A stretch of DNA of 64,000 nt, taken from NCBI RefSeq assembly GCF_009914755.1, contig NC_060925.1; one strand, written 5' to 3'. The notes under the pieces are model-generated. The model saw only the letters and a program-made list of their open reading frames with translations. It made no database searches and had not been told where the DNA came from. This document shows positions 39,351 through 52,410 of this stretch, piece after piece. Made by a program: the position numbers and the translations under genes. This DNA comes from the human T2T-CHM13v2.0 reference genome, Homo sapiens. The first letter of the stretch is position 1. Every line of letters begins with the position of its first letter.

Positions 39351-39927
39351 TTTGGTGCCAAAGACCTGGGACAGGAGGACTCTTTCAGGAGACCAGTCCC
39401 TGTCCTCACCCTCACTCCGTGAAGAGATCCACCTACGACCTTGGGTCCTCAGACCAATCAGCCCAAGCAACATCTCACCAATTTCAATTCGGGTAAGCAG
39501 TCTTTTCACTCTCTTCTCCAGCCTCTCTTGCTACCCTTCAATCTCCCTCTCTCACTACCCTTCAATCTCCCTGTCCTTCCAATTCCAGTTCTTTTCCTCT
39601 CTAGTAGAGACAAAGGAGACACATTTTATCCCTGGACCCAAAACTAAACTCCGGTGCTGGTCACGGACTCGGGGAAGACAGTCTTCCCTTGGTGTTTAAT
39701 CACTGTGGTGATGCCTGCCTGATTATTCACCCACATTTCATTGGTGTCTGATCACCGCTGAGATGCCTGCCTTGGTCATTCACCCACGTTCCCTTGGTGG
39801 CAAGTCAATTGCAAAGACGCCTGCTTTGGCTGCTCACCCACATTGCAGCCCAGGGCTGCTCACCACCCCCTCACCCACTTTCTCCATGTTTCTACCCTCT
39901 CTTTTCTCTGGGCTTGCTTCCTTCACT

Positions 39928-41150
39928 ATGGGCAACCTTCCACCCTGCATTCCTCCTTCTCCCTTAGCCTGTGCTCTCAAAAACTTAAAACCTCTTCAAC
40001 TCATACCTGACCTAAAACCTAAGTGTCTTATTTTCTTCTGCAATACCACTTGGCCCCAATACAAACTTGACAATAGTTCCAACTAGCCAGAAAATGGCAC
40101 TTTTGATTTCTCCATTTTACAAGATGTGGATGATTTTTGTCGAAAAATGGGCAAATGCTCTGAGGTGCCTGATGTCCAGGCATTCTTTTACACATCGGTC
40201 CCTCACTAGTCTCTGCTCCCAATGCGACTCATACCAAATCTTTCTTCTTTCTCTCCTTTGTGTTCCTTCAGTCTCCACCCCAAGTTCTGAGTCCTTTGAA
40301 TCCTTCTTTTCTATGGACTCATCTGACCTCTCCCCTCCTCCCCAGGCTGCTCCTCGCCAGGCCGAGCCAGGTCCCAATTCTTCTTCAGCCTCTGCTCCCC
40401 CACCCTATAATCCTTCTATCACCTCCCCTCCTCACACCCGGTCCAGCTTATGGTTTCATTCCACGACTAGCCCTCCCCCACCTGCCCAACAATTTCCTTT
40501 TAAAGAAGTGGCTGAGCTAAAGGCATAGTCAAGGTTAATGCTCCTTTTTCTCTATCAGACCTTGCCCAAATCAGTTAGCATTTAGGCTCTTTTTCATTAA
40601 ATATAAAAACCCAGCCCAGTCCATGGTTCATTTGGCAACAACCCTTAGATGCTTTACCGCCCTAGACCCAGAGGGGCCAGAAGGCCGTCTTATTCTCAAT
40701 ATGCATTTTATTACACATTCTGCTCCCAACATTAGAAAAAGCTCCAAAAATTAGATTCTGGCCCTCAAACCCCAGAACACGACTTAATTAACCTCGCCTT
40801 CAAGGTGTACAATAATAGAGAAGAGTTGCAATTACTTGCCTCTGCTGTGAGAGAAACCCCAGCCACATCTCCAGCACACAAGAACTTCAGAACACCTAAA
40901 CCGCAGTGGCCAGGCATTCCTCCAGGACCTCCTCCCCCAGGATTTTGCTTCAAGTGCCAGAAATCTGGCCACTGTGCCAAGGAATGCCTGCAGCCTGGGA
41001 TTCCTCCTAAGTCATGTCCCATCTCTGTGGGACCCCACTGGAAATCAGACTGTCCAACTCACCCGGCAGCCACTCCCAGAGCCCCTGGAACTCTGGCCCA
41101 GGGTTCTCTGATTGACTCCTTCCCAGATCTTCTCGGCTTAGCAGCTGAAG
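39928..41150 (+). pseudogene. gag: HERV-H gag remnant (stops and frameshifts)
   Basis: Myristoylation-type start MGNLPP at 39928; PPPY late motif (APPPYNP); zinc knuckles CFKCQKSGHCAKEC and CPISVGPHWKSDC. Confidence 0.9.
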
Positions 41151-43200
41151 ACTGGCACTGCCCGATTACCTCGGAAGCCTCCTGGACCATCACAGATGCT
41201 TTGGGTAACTCTTACAGTGGAGGGCAAGTCCGTCCCCTTCTTAATCAATATGGAGGCTACCCACTCCACATTACCTTCTTTTCAAGGGCATGTATCCCTT
41301 GCCTCCATAACTGTGTGGGTACTGACGGCCAGGCTTCTAAATCTCTTAAAACTCCCCAACTCTGGTGCCAACTTGGACAACGTTCTTTAATGCACCCCTT
41401 TTTAGTTATCCCCACATGCCCAGCTCCCTTATTAGGTCGAGACATTTTAACTAAATTATCTGCTTCCCTGACATTCCTGGGCTACAGCCACACTTCATTG
41501 CTGCCTTTTTCCCCAGTTCAAAGCTTCCTTCACATCCTCCCTTTTTATCTCCCCACCTTATCCACAAGTATAGGACACCTCTACTCCCTCCTTGATGACT
41601 GATCATGTACCGCTTACCATCCCATTAAAACCTAATCACCCTTACCCCGCTCAATGCCAATATCCCATCCCACAGCACACTTTAAAAGGATTAAAGCCTG
41701 TTACAACTTGCCTGTTACAGCGTGGCCTTTTAAAGCCTATAAACTCTCCTTACAATTCCCCCAATTTTACCTGTTCAGACACTGGACAAGTCTTACAGGT
41801 TAGTTCAGGATCTGCACCTTATCAACCAAATTGTCTTGCCTATCCACCCCCGTGGTGCCAAACCCATATACCCTCCTATCCTCAATACCTCCCTTCACAA
41901 CCCAGTATTCTGTTCTAGATAAACCTAGCTGACTCCATAAATCCTAAATTGTTTCCCCACTCCCATTTCCATTCCATAAAAAACAGTCCTAAAATCTGCT
42001 TCCACACTAGCTCTCCCTAACTCATCCCAACCCTTTTCACTACACATAGCCAAAGTACAGGGCTGTGCAGTCAGAATTCTTACACAAGAGCCGTTACCGC
42101 GCCCTGTAGCCTTTCTGTCCAAACAACTTGACCTTACTGTTTTAGCCTAGCCCTCATGTCTGCGTGCAGTGGCTGCCGCTGCCTTAATACTTTTAGAGGC
42201 CCTCAAAATCACAAGCTATGGTCCACTTACTCTCTACAGTTCCCATGACTTTCAAAATCTATTTTCCTCCTCATACTTGATGCATATACTTTCTGCCCCC
42301 CAGTTCCTTCAGCTATACTCACTGTTTGTTGAGTCTCCCACAATTACCATTGTTCCTGGCCCAGACTTCAATCTGGCCTCCCACATTATTCCAGATATCA
42401 CACCTGACCCCTATGACTATATCTCTCTGATCCGCCTGACATTCACTCCATTTCCCCATATTTCCTTCTTTCCTGTTCCTCGCCCTGATCACATTTGGTT
42501 TATTGATGGCAGTTCCACCAAGCCTAACCACCACTCACCAGCAAAGGCAGGCTATGCTATAGTATCTTCCACATCTATCACTGAGGCTACTGCTCTGCCC
42601 CTCTCCACTACCTCTCAGCAAGCTGAACTCATTGCCTTAACCTGGGCCCTCACTCTTGCAAAGGGACTACGTGTCAATATTTATACTGACTCAAGATATG
42701 AGTCAATTTATGCCTTCCATATCCTGTACCACCATGCTGTTATATGGGCAGAAAGAAATTTCTTCACTACACAACAGTCCTCCATCATTAATGCCTGCTT
42801 AATAAAAACTCTTCTTAAAGCCGCTTTACTTCCAAAGGAAGCTGGAGTCATTCACTGCAAGGGCCATCAAAAAGCATTGGATTCTATCACTCATGGCAAT
42901 GCTTATGCTGATAAGGTAGCTAAAGAAGCAGCTAGCATTCCAACTTCTGTCCCTCATGGCCAGTTTTTCTCCTCATTGGTCACTCCTATTTACTCTCCTA
43001 CTGAAGTTTCCAGCTATCAATCCCTCTCCACTCAAGGCAGATGGTTCTTAGACCAAAAAAAAAAAAAAAAAAAAAAAACTCCTTCCAGCCTCACAGGCCC
43101 ATTCTATTCTGTCATCATTTCATACCCTCTTCCATGTAGGTTACAAGCCGTTATCCTGCCTCTTAAAACCTCTCATTTCCTTTACATCATGAAAATCTAT
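41150..43200 (+). pseudogene. pol: HERV-H pro/pol remnant; RT largely deleted; tether and RNase H in one open frame (42169-43254)
   Basis: Protease-like LTVEGKSVPFLINMEAT...PLLGRDIL; RT N-terminal QYPIP..GLKP..SPYNSP; RNase H WFIDGSS, QQAEL, NIYTDS, HCKGHQ, GNAYADKVAK. Confidence 0.9.
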
Positions 43201-43479
43201 CCCCAATCCTCCACTCTTGACTCCCTCTTGGAGTGGATAGATGATCTTTGCTGACAGGACACACTCCAATACTTTCACCCTGATGAAATCCTATTCTTTA
43301 CTTTTATACTCGCTCTTATTCTCATTCCCATTCTTATGCCACCCTCTACCTCTCCCCAGCTATCACCACCACACTGTCAATCTCACTCACTCTCTCCTAG
43401 CCATTTCTAATCCTTCTTTAACAAACAATTGCTGACTTTGCATTTCTCTTTCCTCCAAAATTGCTGAGGCCCCAACTTA

Positions 43480-43781
43480 CTCACTGCTAAAAAAAGGGGA
43501 TTCTGTATATTTTTAAATGAAGAGTGTTGCTTTTATCTAAATCTGGCCTGGTATATGACAACATCAAAAAACTCAAGGATAGAGCCCAACAACTCTCCAG
43601 CCAAGCAAATAATTATGCTGAACCCCCTTGGAGATTCTGTAATTGGATGTCTTGGGTACTCCCAATTCTTAGTCCTGTAATACCTATTTTTCTCCTTCTT
43701 TTATTCAGACCTTGTGTCTTCCGTTTAGTTTCTCAGTTCATACAAAACCGCATCCAGGCCATCACCAATAATTCTATATGA
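43480..43781 (+). pseudogene. env: HERV-H env transmembrane-subunit remnant
   Basis: 'tgtatatttttaaatgaagagtgttgcttttat' (CIFLNEECCFY, CX6CC); ORF 43524-43781 with hydrophobic WVLPILSPVIPIFLLLLFRPC anchor. Confidence 0.85.
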
Positions 43782-44408
43782 CAAATGCTCCTTCTAACCC
43801 CACAATATCACCCCTTACCCCAAAATCTTTCTTCAGTTTAATCTCTCCCACTGTAGGTTCCCACGCTGCCCCTAATCCTGCTTGAAGCAGCCCTGAGAAA
43901 CATCTCCCATTATCTCTCCATACCACCCCCAAAAATTTTTACCGCCCCAACACTTCACCACTATTTTGTTTTGTTTTTCTTATTAATATAAGAAGACAGG
44001 AATGTCAGACCTCTGAGCCCAAGCTAAGCCATCATATCCCCTGTAACCTGCAAGTATACATCCAGATGGCCTGAAGCAACTGAAGATCCACAAAAGTGAA
44101 AATAGCCTTAACTGATGACATTCCACCATTGTGATTTGTTCCTGCCCCGCCCTAACTGATACGATACAGTCTCCCCTGCCCTTGAGAAGGTACTTTGTAA
44201 TATTCTCCCCCTGCCCTTAAGAAGGTAGTTTGTACGCCTATCCCAAACCAAAAGAACTAATGATAATCCCACCACCCTTTGCTGACTCCTTTTTCGGACT
44301 CAGCCCGCCTGCACCCGGGTGAAGTAAACAGCCTTGTTGCTCACACAAAGCCTGTTGGTGGTCTCTTCACATGGACGTGCGTGACAGTTCTACCAGTTAT
44401 TACGAGAG

Positions 44409-45478
44409 TGAGGACTAAACTCTGATATTTTTATCTTGCCCAAACTCCTATCTAAGCGGTCTGGGGAGTCATACCCAACAAATCATAAATTCTCAGATGG
44501 ATTTTATTTAACCCTATATATCATGATTTACTTTCCAACCTCACTCTGGCATAACATTATGAGACAAAGAAGAAAATCAAAAACCAAAATATTTCATCCC
44601 CAAACATATTTATTTGCCATATTTTAAAATGGTCCTGCAAAGCCGTTCTTTGTGGGGGAGAATTTGCATCTATAAGAATCTCTATTAACATAGCTACATC
44701 TTTTTCTCTCAGACCCTCCCAATCCTAAAGAGATTAAATAACATCTGAATAGGACACATTTGTCATCTATTGTCTCTAAGGGCAGCCACTATAAGACTTC
44801 AAAAGAACTTTGTTCTACACAATCTTTTATCTTAACCTGAAAATTCCCTTTCTGTCTATCCCAGGTCTTTTTTTTTTTTTTTGAGACAGAGTCTCACTCT
44901 GTCACCCAGGCTGGAGGGCAGTGGTGCAATCTCGGCTCACTGCAACCTCTGCCTCCCGGGTTCAAAATGATTCTCCTGCCTCAGCCTCCTGAGTAGCTGG
45001 AACTACAGGCGCACACCACCATGCCCAGCTAATTTTTGTATTTTTAGTAGAGACTGGGTTTCACCATGTTGGCCAGGATGGTCTTGATCTCCTGACCTCA
45101 TGATCCACCCACCTGGGTCTCCCAAAGTGCTGGGATTATAGGCATGAGCCACGGCGCCTAGCTATCTATCCCAGGTCTTTAGACAAACTCAACCAATTGT
45201 CAACCAGAAAATGTTTAAATTCGCCTATAGCCTAGAAGCCCCCCATTCCCCGCTTTGGGTTGTCCCGTCTTTCTGAACCAAAGCAATCTATTTCTTAAAT
45301 GTATTTGATGGATGCCTCAGGCTTCCCTAAAATATATGAAACCAAGCTGTACCCTGACCACCTTGGGCACATGTTCTCAGGACCTCCTGAGGGCTGAGTC
45401 AGGGGCCATGGTCACTCATATTTGGCTCAGAATAAATCTCCTCTAATATTTTACAGAGTTCAACTCCTTTCATCGACA
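44409..45478 (+). mobile_element. MER4D-like ERV1 solo LTR with nested Alu
   Basis: 'tgaggactaaactctgat...catcgaca'; 4-bp TSD AGAG; AATAAA at 45431. Confidence 0.88.
44868..45162 (-). mobile_element. AluS (Sc-like)
   Basis: 'ggccaggatggtcttgatctcctgacctcatgatcc'; TSD tctatcccaggtcttt. Confidence 0.92.
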
Positions 45479-45744
45479 AGAGGGATATGAAAGTTTTTCA
45501 CTATATAGATTTGTCGATTTCTCTTTGCAGTTCTATTTTTGTTTCATTATTTTTAAGCTCTGCTTGTTCATGTATCTGAGTGTAGGACTCATATTCTCTT
45601 GATGAATTGAAATCTTTATCATTATCAAATGACCCATTTTATTCCTGGTAATAGCATTCTTTGCCCTGAAATCTATTCTGATATTAATATAGCCACTCTT
45701 GCTTTTTATTGATTATTGCTAGCATGAAATATCATTTTCTATCT

Positions 45745-46077
<333 letters not shown>

Positions 46078-46911
46078 TAAAGTGTATTTCTTTTGATATC
46101 ATATAGTCGAGTCTTGCTCTTTAATCTGAGAATTTCCACACTTAAGATTGATGGTGTTTATACCATTTTCACTTAATGTGACTATTAATACACTTAGTTT
46201 TCACACATAACTACTGTGTTTTATGTTTTGTTTTCTGTTTGTCACAACTGTTCTTTGTTCACTTTTTCTTTATTTCTGCCTTCTTTTTAAATAATTGAGT
46301 ATTTTTCTGATTCCATTTTATCTCCTTTGTTAGCTTATTACCTATAATTCTTTGTTTTGGTATTTTAGTGGTTACTTTAGGGTTTATATTATGCACACTT
46401 CACTTATCATTGTGTATCTTCAAGTATTATACCATTTCACATATTAGAACCCTGGACTAGTATACTTCCATTTCTTTTCTCTATGCCTTTATGTTATTGA
46501 TGTCATTCATTTTACTTCTACATATGTTGTAAACCCAACACTACATTGTTGTTATTAGTCTTCAAATAATCAATGACCTTTTCAAGAGATTTAAATAGTA
46601 AGAGAAAATGTTATATTAACCTGTGTAATTACTATTTCCAGTGCACTTTATTCCCTTGTGAGATCCATATTTTCACCTGGTATCATTTTTCTTCTGCCTG
46701 AAAGATTTTATTTAACATTTCTTGTGGTGGCTATCTGCTGGTAATTAATGTCTTCAAAACAGGAAAAAAAAAACTTTGAAAAGACAATGGCTACAAATTT
46801 TCCAATTTTGATAAAAAGTATGAACCCACAGGTCGAAGAAATACAATAAATCCCAAGCAAAAACAAACAAACAAACAAAAAACCCAAGAAAGACAAAAAC
46901 ACCAAGTCACA

Positions 46912-47423
46912 TGTGATGGTTAATATTGAGTGTCAACTTGATTGGATTGAAGGATGCAAAGTATTGTTCCTGGGTGTGTCTGTGAGGGTGTTGCCAAAGG
47001 AAATTAACATTTGAGTCAGTGGACTGGGAAAGGTAGACGCACCTTCAATCTAGGCAGGCACAATCTAACCAGCTGCCAGTGTAGCCAGAATAAGAGCAGG
47101 CAGAAAAACGTGAAAAGACTAGATTGGCCGAGTCTCCTGGCCTCCATCTTTGTCCCGTGCTGGATGCTTCCTGACCTCGAACATTAGTCTCCAAGTTCTT
47201 CAGCTTTGGGACTCTTGACCTTCGGCCACAGACTAAAGGCCGCACTGTCGGCTTCTTTACTTTTGAGGTTTTGGGACTCAGACTGGCTTCCTTGCTCCTC
47301 AGCTTGCAGACGGCCTGCTGTGGGACCTCACCTTGTGATCATGTGAGTAATACTCCTTAATAAACTCCCCTTCATATATACATCTATCCTATTTGTTCTG
47401 TCCCTCTAGAGAACCCTAATACA
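46912..47423 (+). mobile_element. MLT2A1 (HERV-L) solo LTR
   Basis: 'tgtgatggttaatattgagtgtcaacttgattggattgaaggatgcaaagtattg...ctagagaaccctaataca'. Confidence 0.92.
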
Positions 47424-48098
47424 TTGTATCCTAATCAAAGGGCTCAAAGGCAGTGTTTTTTAAAAAAATCTTAAAAGCAGCCAAAGGGAAAAAAGGCACA
47501 TTATGCACAGAGGAGCAAATATATGGATGACAGCAGATTCTCCTCAGAAATTATTCAAGTGCGAACATGGTGGATAAATATTTTAAAATGCTCTAAAATT
47601 CTAAACGCTAAAAGAATGCCTTTCAGAAACAAAGGAGAAATAAAAACGTTTTTTGATCTACAAAGCTGAAATACTCACAGGGCTTGCCTTTTTCTTTCCT
47701 GCCTTTCAGGGATCATTGTGCCCTCTTTGCTTGGTGCCTAATGTTTAAAAAACATTGTTCTATATATTTTTTCCAGTTTTTTTAGTTGTTTTCCGCAGCA
47801 TGGGAAATCCAGTCCCTGTTATTCCATCTTAGCCAGAAGCAGAAGTCACAGTTATCATTTGATGTGTATTTGTGTGATTTTCTCATGCTATAGTCCCCGT
47901 TCTAGGAGGGGAAAGGTGTATCTGTGTCTTAATCTCTGCTGTATTCCCAACACCCAGCATAGTGTCTGGCACAGAGTGGATCCCAACAACTAGCTTCTTT
48001 AAACTTCCATATGGTCTCACTTAGTCTGGTGAATCCCAGAGCTTTAGGTGGCCTAGGAGGCACTTTGGAAAATATAAATTAAGATAAGAAAAAAGCCA

Positions 48099-48410
48099 CC
48101 GTGGCTCACGCCTGTAGTCCCAGCGCTTTGGGAGGCCAAGGTGGGTGGATCACCTGAGGTCGGGAGTTCGAGACCAGCCTGACCAACATGGAGAAACCCC
48201 ATCTCTACTAAAAATACTAAAATTAGGTGGGTGTGGTGGCATATGCCTGAATCCCAGCTACTCAGGAGGCTGAGGCAGGAGAATTGCTTGAACTTGGGAG
48301 GCAGATGTTGTGGTGAGCTGAGATCACGCCATTGCACTCCAGCCTGGGCAACAAGAGCAAAAAACTCCATCTCAAAAAAAAAAAAAAAAAAAAAAAGAAG
48401 AAGAAGAAAA
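48099..48410 (+). mobile_element. AluSp, slightly 5'-truncated
   Basis: 'gaggtcgggagttcgagaccagcctgaccaacatggagaaacccc'; TSD aagaaaaaagccac. Confidence 0.93.
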
Positions 48411-50587
48411 AAGAAAAAAGCCACATACCCGTGTCAAGGTTGAGAAAGGTCAAAGGAAAAGAATGGAGTCTCCAGGAAGTCAGGAAGGTTAAAAAAAAAA
48501 AGACAGAATAGACATATCTCTTTTCCCACTCCACTGCCAGACTCACCTCAAATCTCCAAAACACTTGTTACGTGTTCCCCTTACTGTGGCCAGCCAGCCC
48601 TTTCCCACCCACCCACCCCACCCCCATATATTCTCCACTTCTTCCTTTCATTACGGATCCTGAGATTTAAACTGCATAAAATAAAAACTACACTTTCCCA
48701 GTGTGCCCTGCAGCAAGGTGCATGCATGTGACCATTTCCTACCAATGGCATACAAATAATTGTGTGCACTATACAGGTTGTCCTTAAAGGGAAGGCTTCT
48801 ACTTTTCATGTTTTCTTGTTCTTCCTTCCTCCTGGATGGAATGAGGACATGGAATTGATCTATATTTTATAAAATTAACTTGGCTGCTTTACAAGGAAGC
48901 TGACATTGCTCAGAAATGCCTAGGCAAGGGGCCTGGAAGAAAAGACATCTAACTTTGGCAGGCAACTTGGGCCCTAGAGTGTCATGGGAGCTGGGGCAAT
49001 TTGCTTAGAAAAGGACATCCTGGAATCTGTGATTTTGCCAATGGGAGCCAGTTCCTGTTGGTGCTCTGACTGCAACGGAACGTGCAGAGGTGAGGAGGAG
49101 GTTAGAGTTGGATGCAGGGAAATAGCCCTGCTGGCCAGTTGCCCCTTTTCCTACCCATCTCAGCAGAGAAATCCTCCTTAAAATCCTGAATTATTATCAC
49201 CCTCTTCCCGCTGCTTTGAGTTGGGCCCAGCCAGTCCACTGAGCAGGGAAACAGGGAAGGAAGGAAAATTAACGGCACCACTGATGGGAATGACGGTTAT
49301 GAATGGCTGGCTGTCTAGCAACCCACCCATCATGCCCTCTGAGAGCACCCTTCACGCGGCAGGCTCAGGGACCGAGTCCTCCTTACTGCAGGGCACGCTC
49401 TGGCCCTTGTCATCAGACCTAGTATAGTCATCAAATAAATCCAACATTTAGATAAAAGGGGCCTGCAGAGGACACTTTCCTGAAATTCAGTGGTAATAAA
49501 AAAGAAAAATGGATTGGCTCACTCCAGATAACTACCACCAGAGAGGTAATTATGCCGCTCCTGTCCTAAGCCAGGATGCTGGTGGCAGAGGCACCTGCCC
49601 AGGTAATTTATCCGCCCAGATTTATGGACTCCCCAAGAGCTGCCTGCACATCTCCTCCCCTCTGGTTTACTTGAGACACTTTTATTTAGATTTTGTCAGA
49701 TTATTGATCTTCTCTGTAACTTCTTAGGTGGCAAGTGTGGGTGAGGTGAGCACCACCCTGGGTGGCACAGTCAAATATTGATTTGCTGGCAATGACCCAG
49801 GAGGACACAGCCCATTCAAGGGAGCCATTTATTTCAAGCTACCAAAATCCCGATTTCCCGTGCAACTCCTTGAGCTCGTGATATCGAAGTCAATGCAAGC
49901 AGAGAGCCCACTGCCTGCACAGAGAGGGATTAAGGCTGCATAATATGATGAGGATGATAAGCCTCAGTTTCCTCATTGATACAATGGGAATAAGGCAGAA
50001 GCTGCATACCTGTTTCTCGAATGCCTGAGTGAATGTAGGTAGTGAATTATGCAGAAATAGATGGGATACTTCATATCATCCCCCTGCCCTTCCATTGCAT
50101 TAAGATCAAAGGTCACCAAACCCAGTATAGCCATAAAAACAGAGATTTTGGACATTTGAAATGGTATTATAAGGTCTTCCAATCCATCATCCTACTTTCA
50201 GGCTGGGAAGAGCGTGTTCTGATTTTACTGAGGACTTAGCCACGCGGCGTGGATAAGTAAAACTACCTGTCAAAGTCCCACCGCAACAATATTACTAAAC
50301 CCCTCAATGTCCAACAGCAACAACCACAGCCACACAGCCACAGCAGCAACGAGGCTTTGGCGGCTCCCTGACCTCACTCTCCTCACTTGCAGACACTGTG
50401 CCCTGGGCGTGGTATCATCTCATTTAATCCTCACAAAGACCCAATAGGGTGGGTTCCGCACTTTCTCATTGTTTTTTTAAAGCTTTTATTGTATCTTTTC
50501 TACTTTAAAAAGAAATATATCCTTGTTTTAAAAGATTTTATCAATAGAGAAACTCATTTCAAGTAGGAACAATAAAATAAAAATTTA

Positions 50588-50893
<306 letters not shown>

Positions 50894-51714
50894 AATTTCA
50901 GGGATAACTGCAATTTGTCCCACATTGCCTCCCCCTGTGACAACATCGGCAGCACAGGCAGGCTGCTGATGGCCAGGGTATGAAGGAGCTTGCAAGGGAA
51001 GTAAACTACCAGGTTGGCTGAGGACACGGATAACTCAAAAAGGCCTCTTGCTCCCTCCTTGCCTTCCCCAGACATCACTGGGACTTGTTTTTTCAAGTTG
51101 CCTGTAACATCTTTTGTCATAATTTCAAAAATTCTCCCTCATTGTACTGCAGGGCTCTTTCTGTGGGTTCTGCACCATGATGGTGTTGATAAGGAATGCG
51201 GACTCGCTGTTCCTCCTTCACCATCACTCTCTCACCTCCCTTCTGACTACAGCAGAGACTCCCAGAGGCCCCAACAACCTGGAAGACCAGAGGCACCAGA
51301 GACCAGAGCACATCTGCCCTCTTCGTGGGATTTATGAATGATACCGAGAGTTCTCGCTAAATTGTACCTGGCAATAGTTTCTGAAAAGGTCGTTAGAGGT
51401 CTCCTCTGTGAGAGAGTTGACAGTGCCAGTTACTCTTTGAACACAAGTCTTCATCTTTGTTCCCCCACTATGCCAAGCACAATGCTGCACACTGCAACTT
51501 GGGAGACTGTGGCTTAAACTGAACAGAACTTGAAATGGAAATTGACCATGTGTTTAAGGGTTGCTTCAGAGCATGCAAGGGAAGGGTTTATAAATGAAAA
51601 GCTTTTCTGCTAGTCCCTGGAGAGCACAGCACTTCAAAGAAGCCTTTGGCAAATCCTTTTGTAAACTGTAGAATCCCTTTCTACTGTAAATAAACCTCAC
51701 TTCGGAAGCTGGGA

Positions 51715-52410
51715 CATACACACCTTAATATACACACAGATATGCACACACATGCTAATATATATGCACACACCCACATATATGCACACACGTTAATATT
51801 CACACACACGCACATACATTCATGCACATGTACACATACACGCACATATGTATATGCATGCACAGATACATATATACACATGCATGCACACACGTATGTG
51901 CACACATGCATGCACATGCATGCACACACACATGCACATACATGCACACATGCTAATATATGCACACAATGCACACAGGTTAATATATACACATACACAC
52001 ACATGCACACACACGTGCACACATATATGCACATGCATGCACACACGTATATGCACACACATGCACATGCATGCGCACATAGTCACACACATGCACACAT
52101 TAGCATATGCATACACATACATGCACACATGTATATGCACACACAATATACGCACACGTGCACACATGCATGCACACATTTATGCACACATATGCACACA
52201 AATATGCACACACATGCACACATCCACATATATGCACATATGCACATGCATGTACGTACACATGTATATGCACATGCATGTATATGCACACACATGCACA
52301 TGTGTATGCACACACATATGCACACATACAGTACAAATGTACACGCACATATACAGTACAAAGGTAAAACAACGCCAAAATATAAATAATACATGCACAC
52401 ATACGGTACA
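51715..52410. repeat. Alternating purine-pyrimidine (CA/TA/TG) low-complexity tract of about 700 bp
   Basis: Continuous 'cacacatgcatgcacacatatgc' pattern. Confidence 0.92.

Larger units (their letters stand above)
38963..44386 (+). mobile_element. HERV-H provirus, internally deleted type, with two LTR7 (LTR7B-like) LTRs
   Basis: 5' LTR 38963-39350 and 3' LTR 44003-44386, both 'tgtcag(g/a)cctctgagcccaagctaagccatc...gtgaca'; 5-bp TSD GTTCT; PBS at 39353; PPT 'aagaagacaggaa' 43990-44002; gag/pro/pol/env remnants between. Confidence 0.97.

Noticed and set aside
40805-41602. 265-aa ORF as a functional Gag-Pro
   Set aside because: Only the nucleocapsid part is in the gag frame; upstream gag has stops, the second zinc knuckle has lost a Cys and the protease active site reads NME instead of DTG
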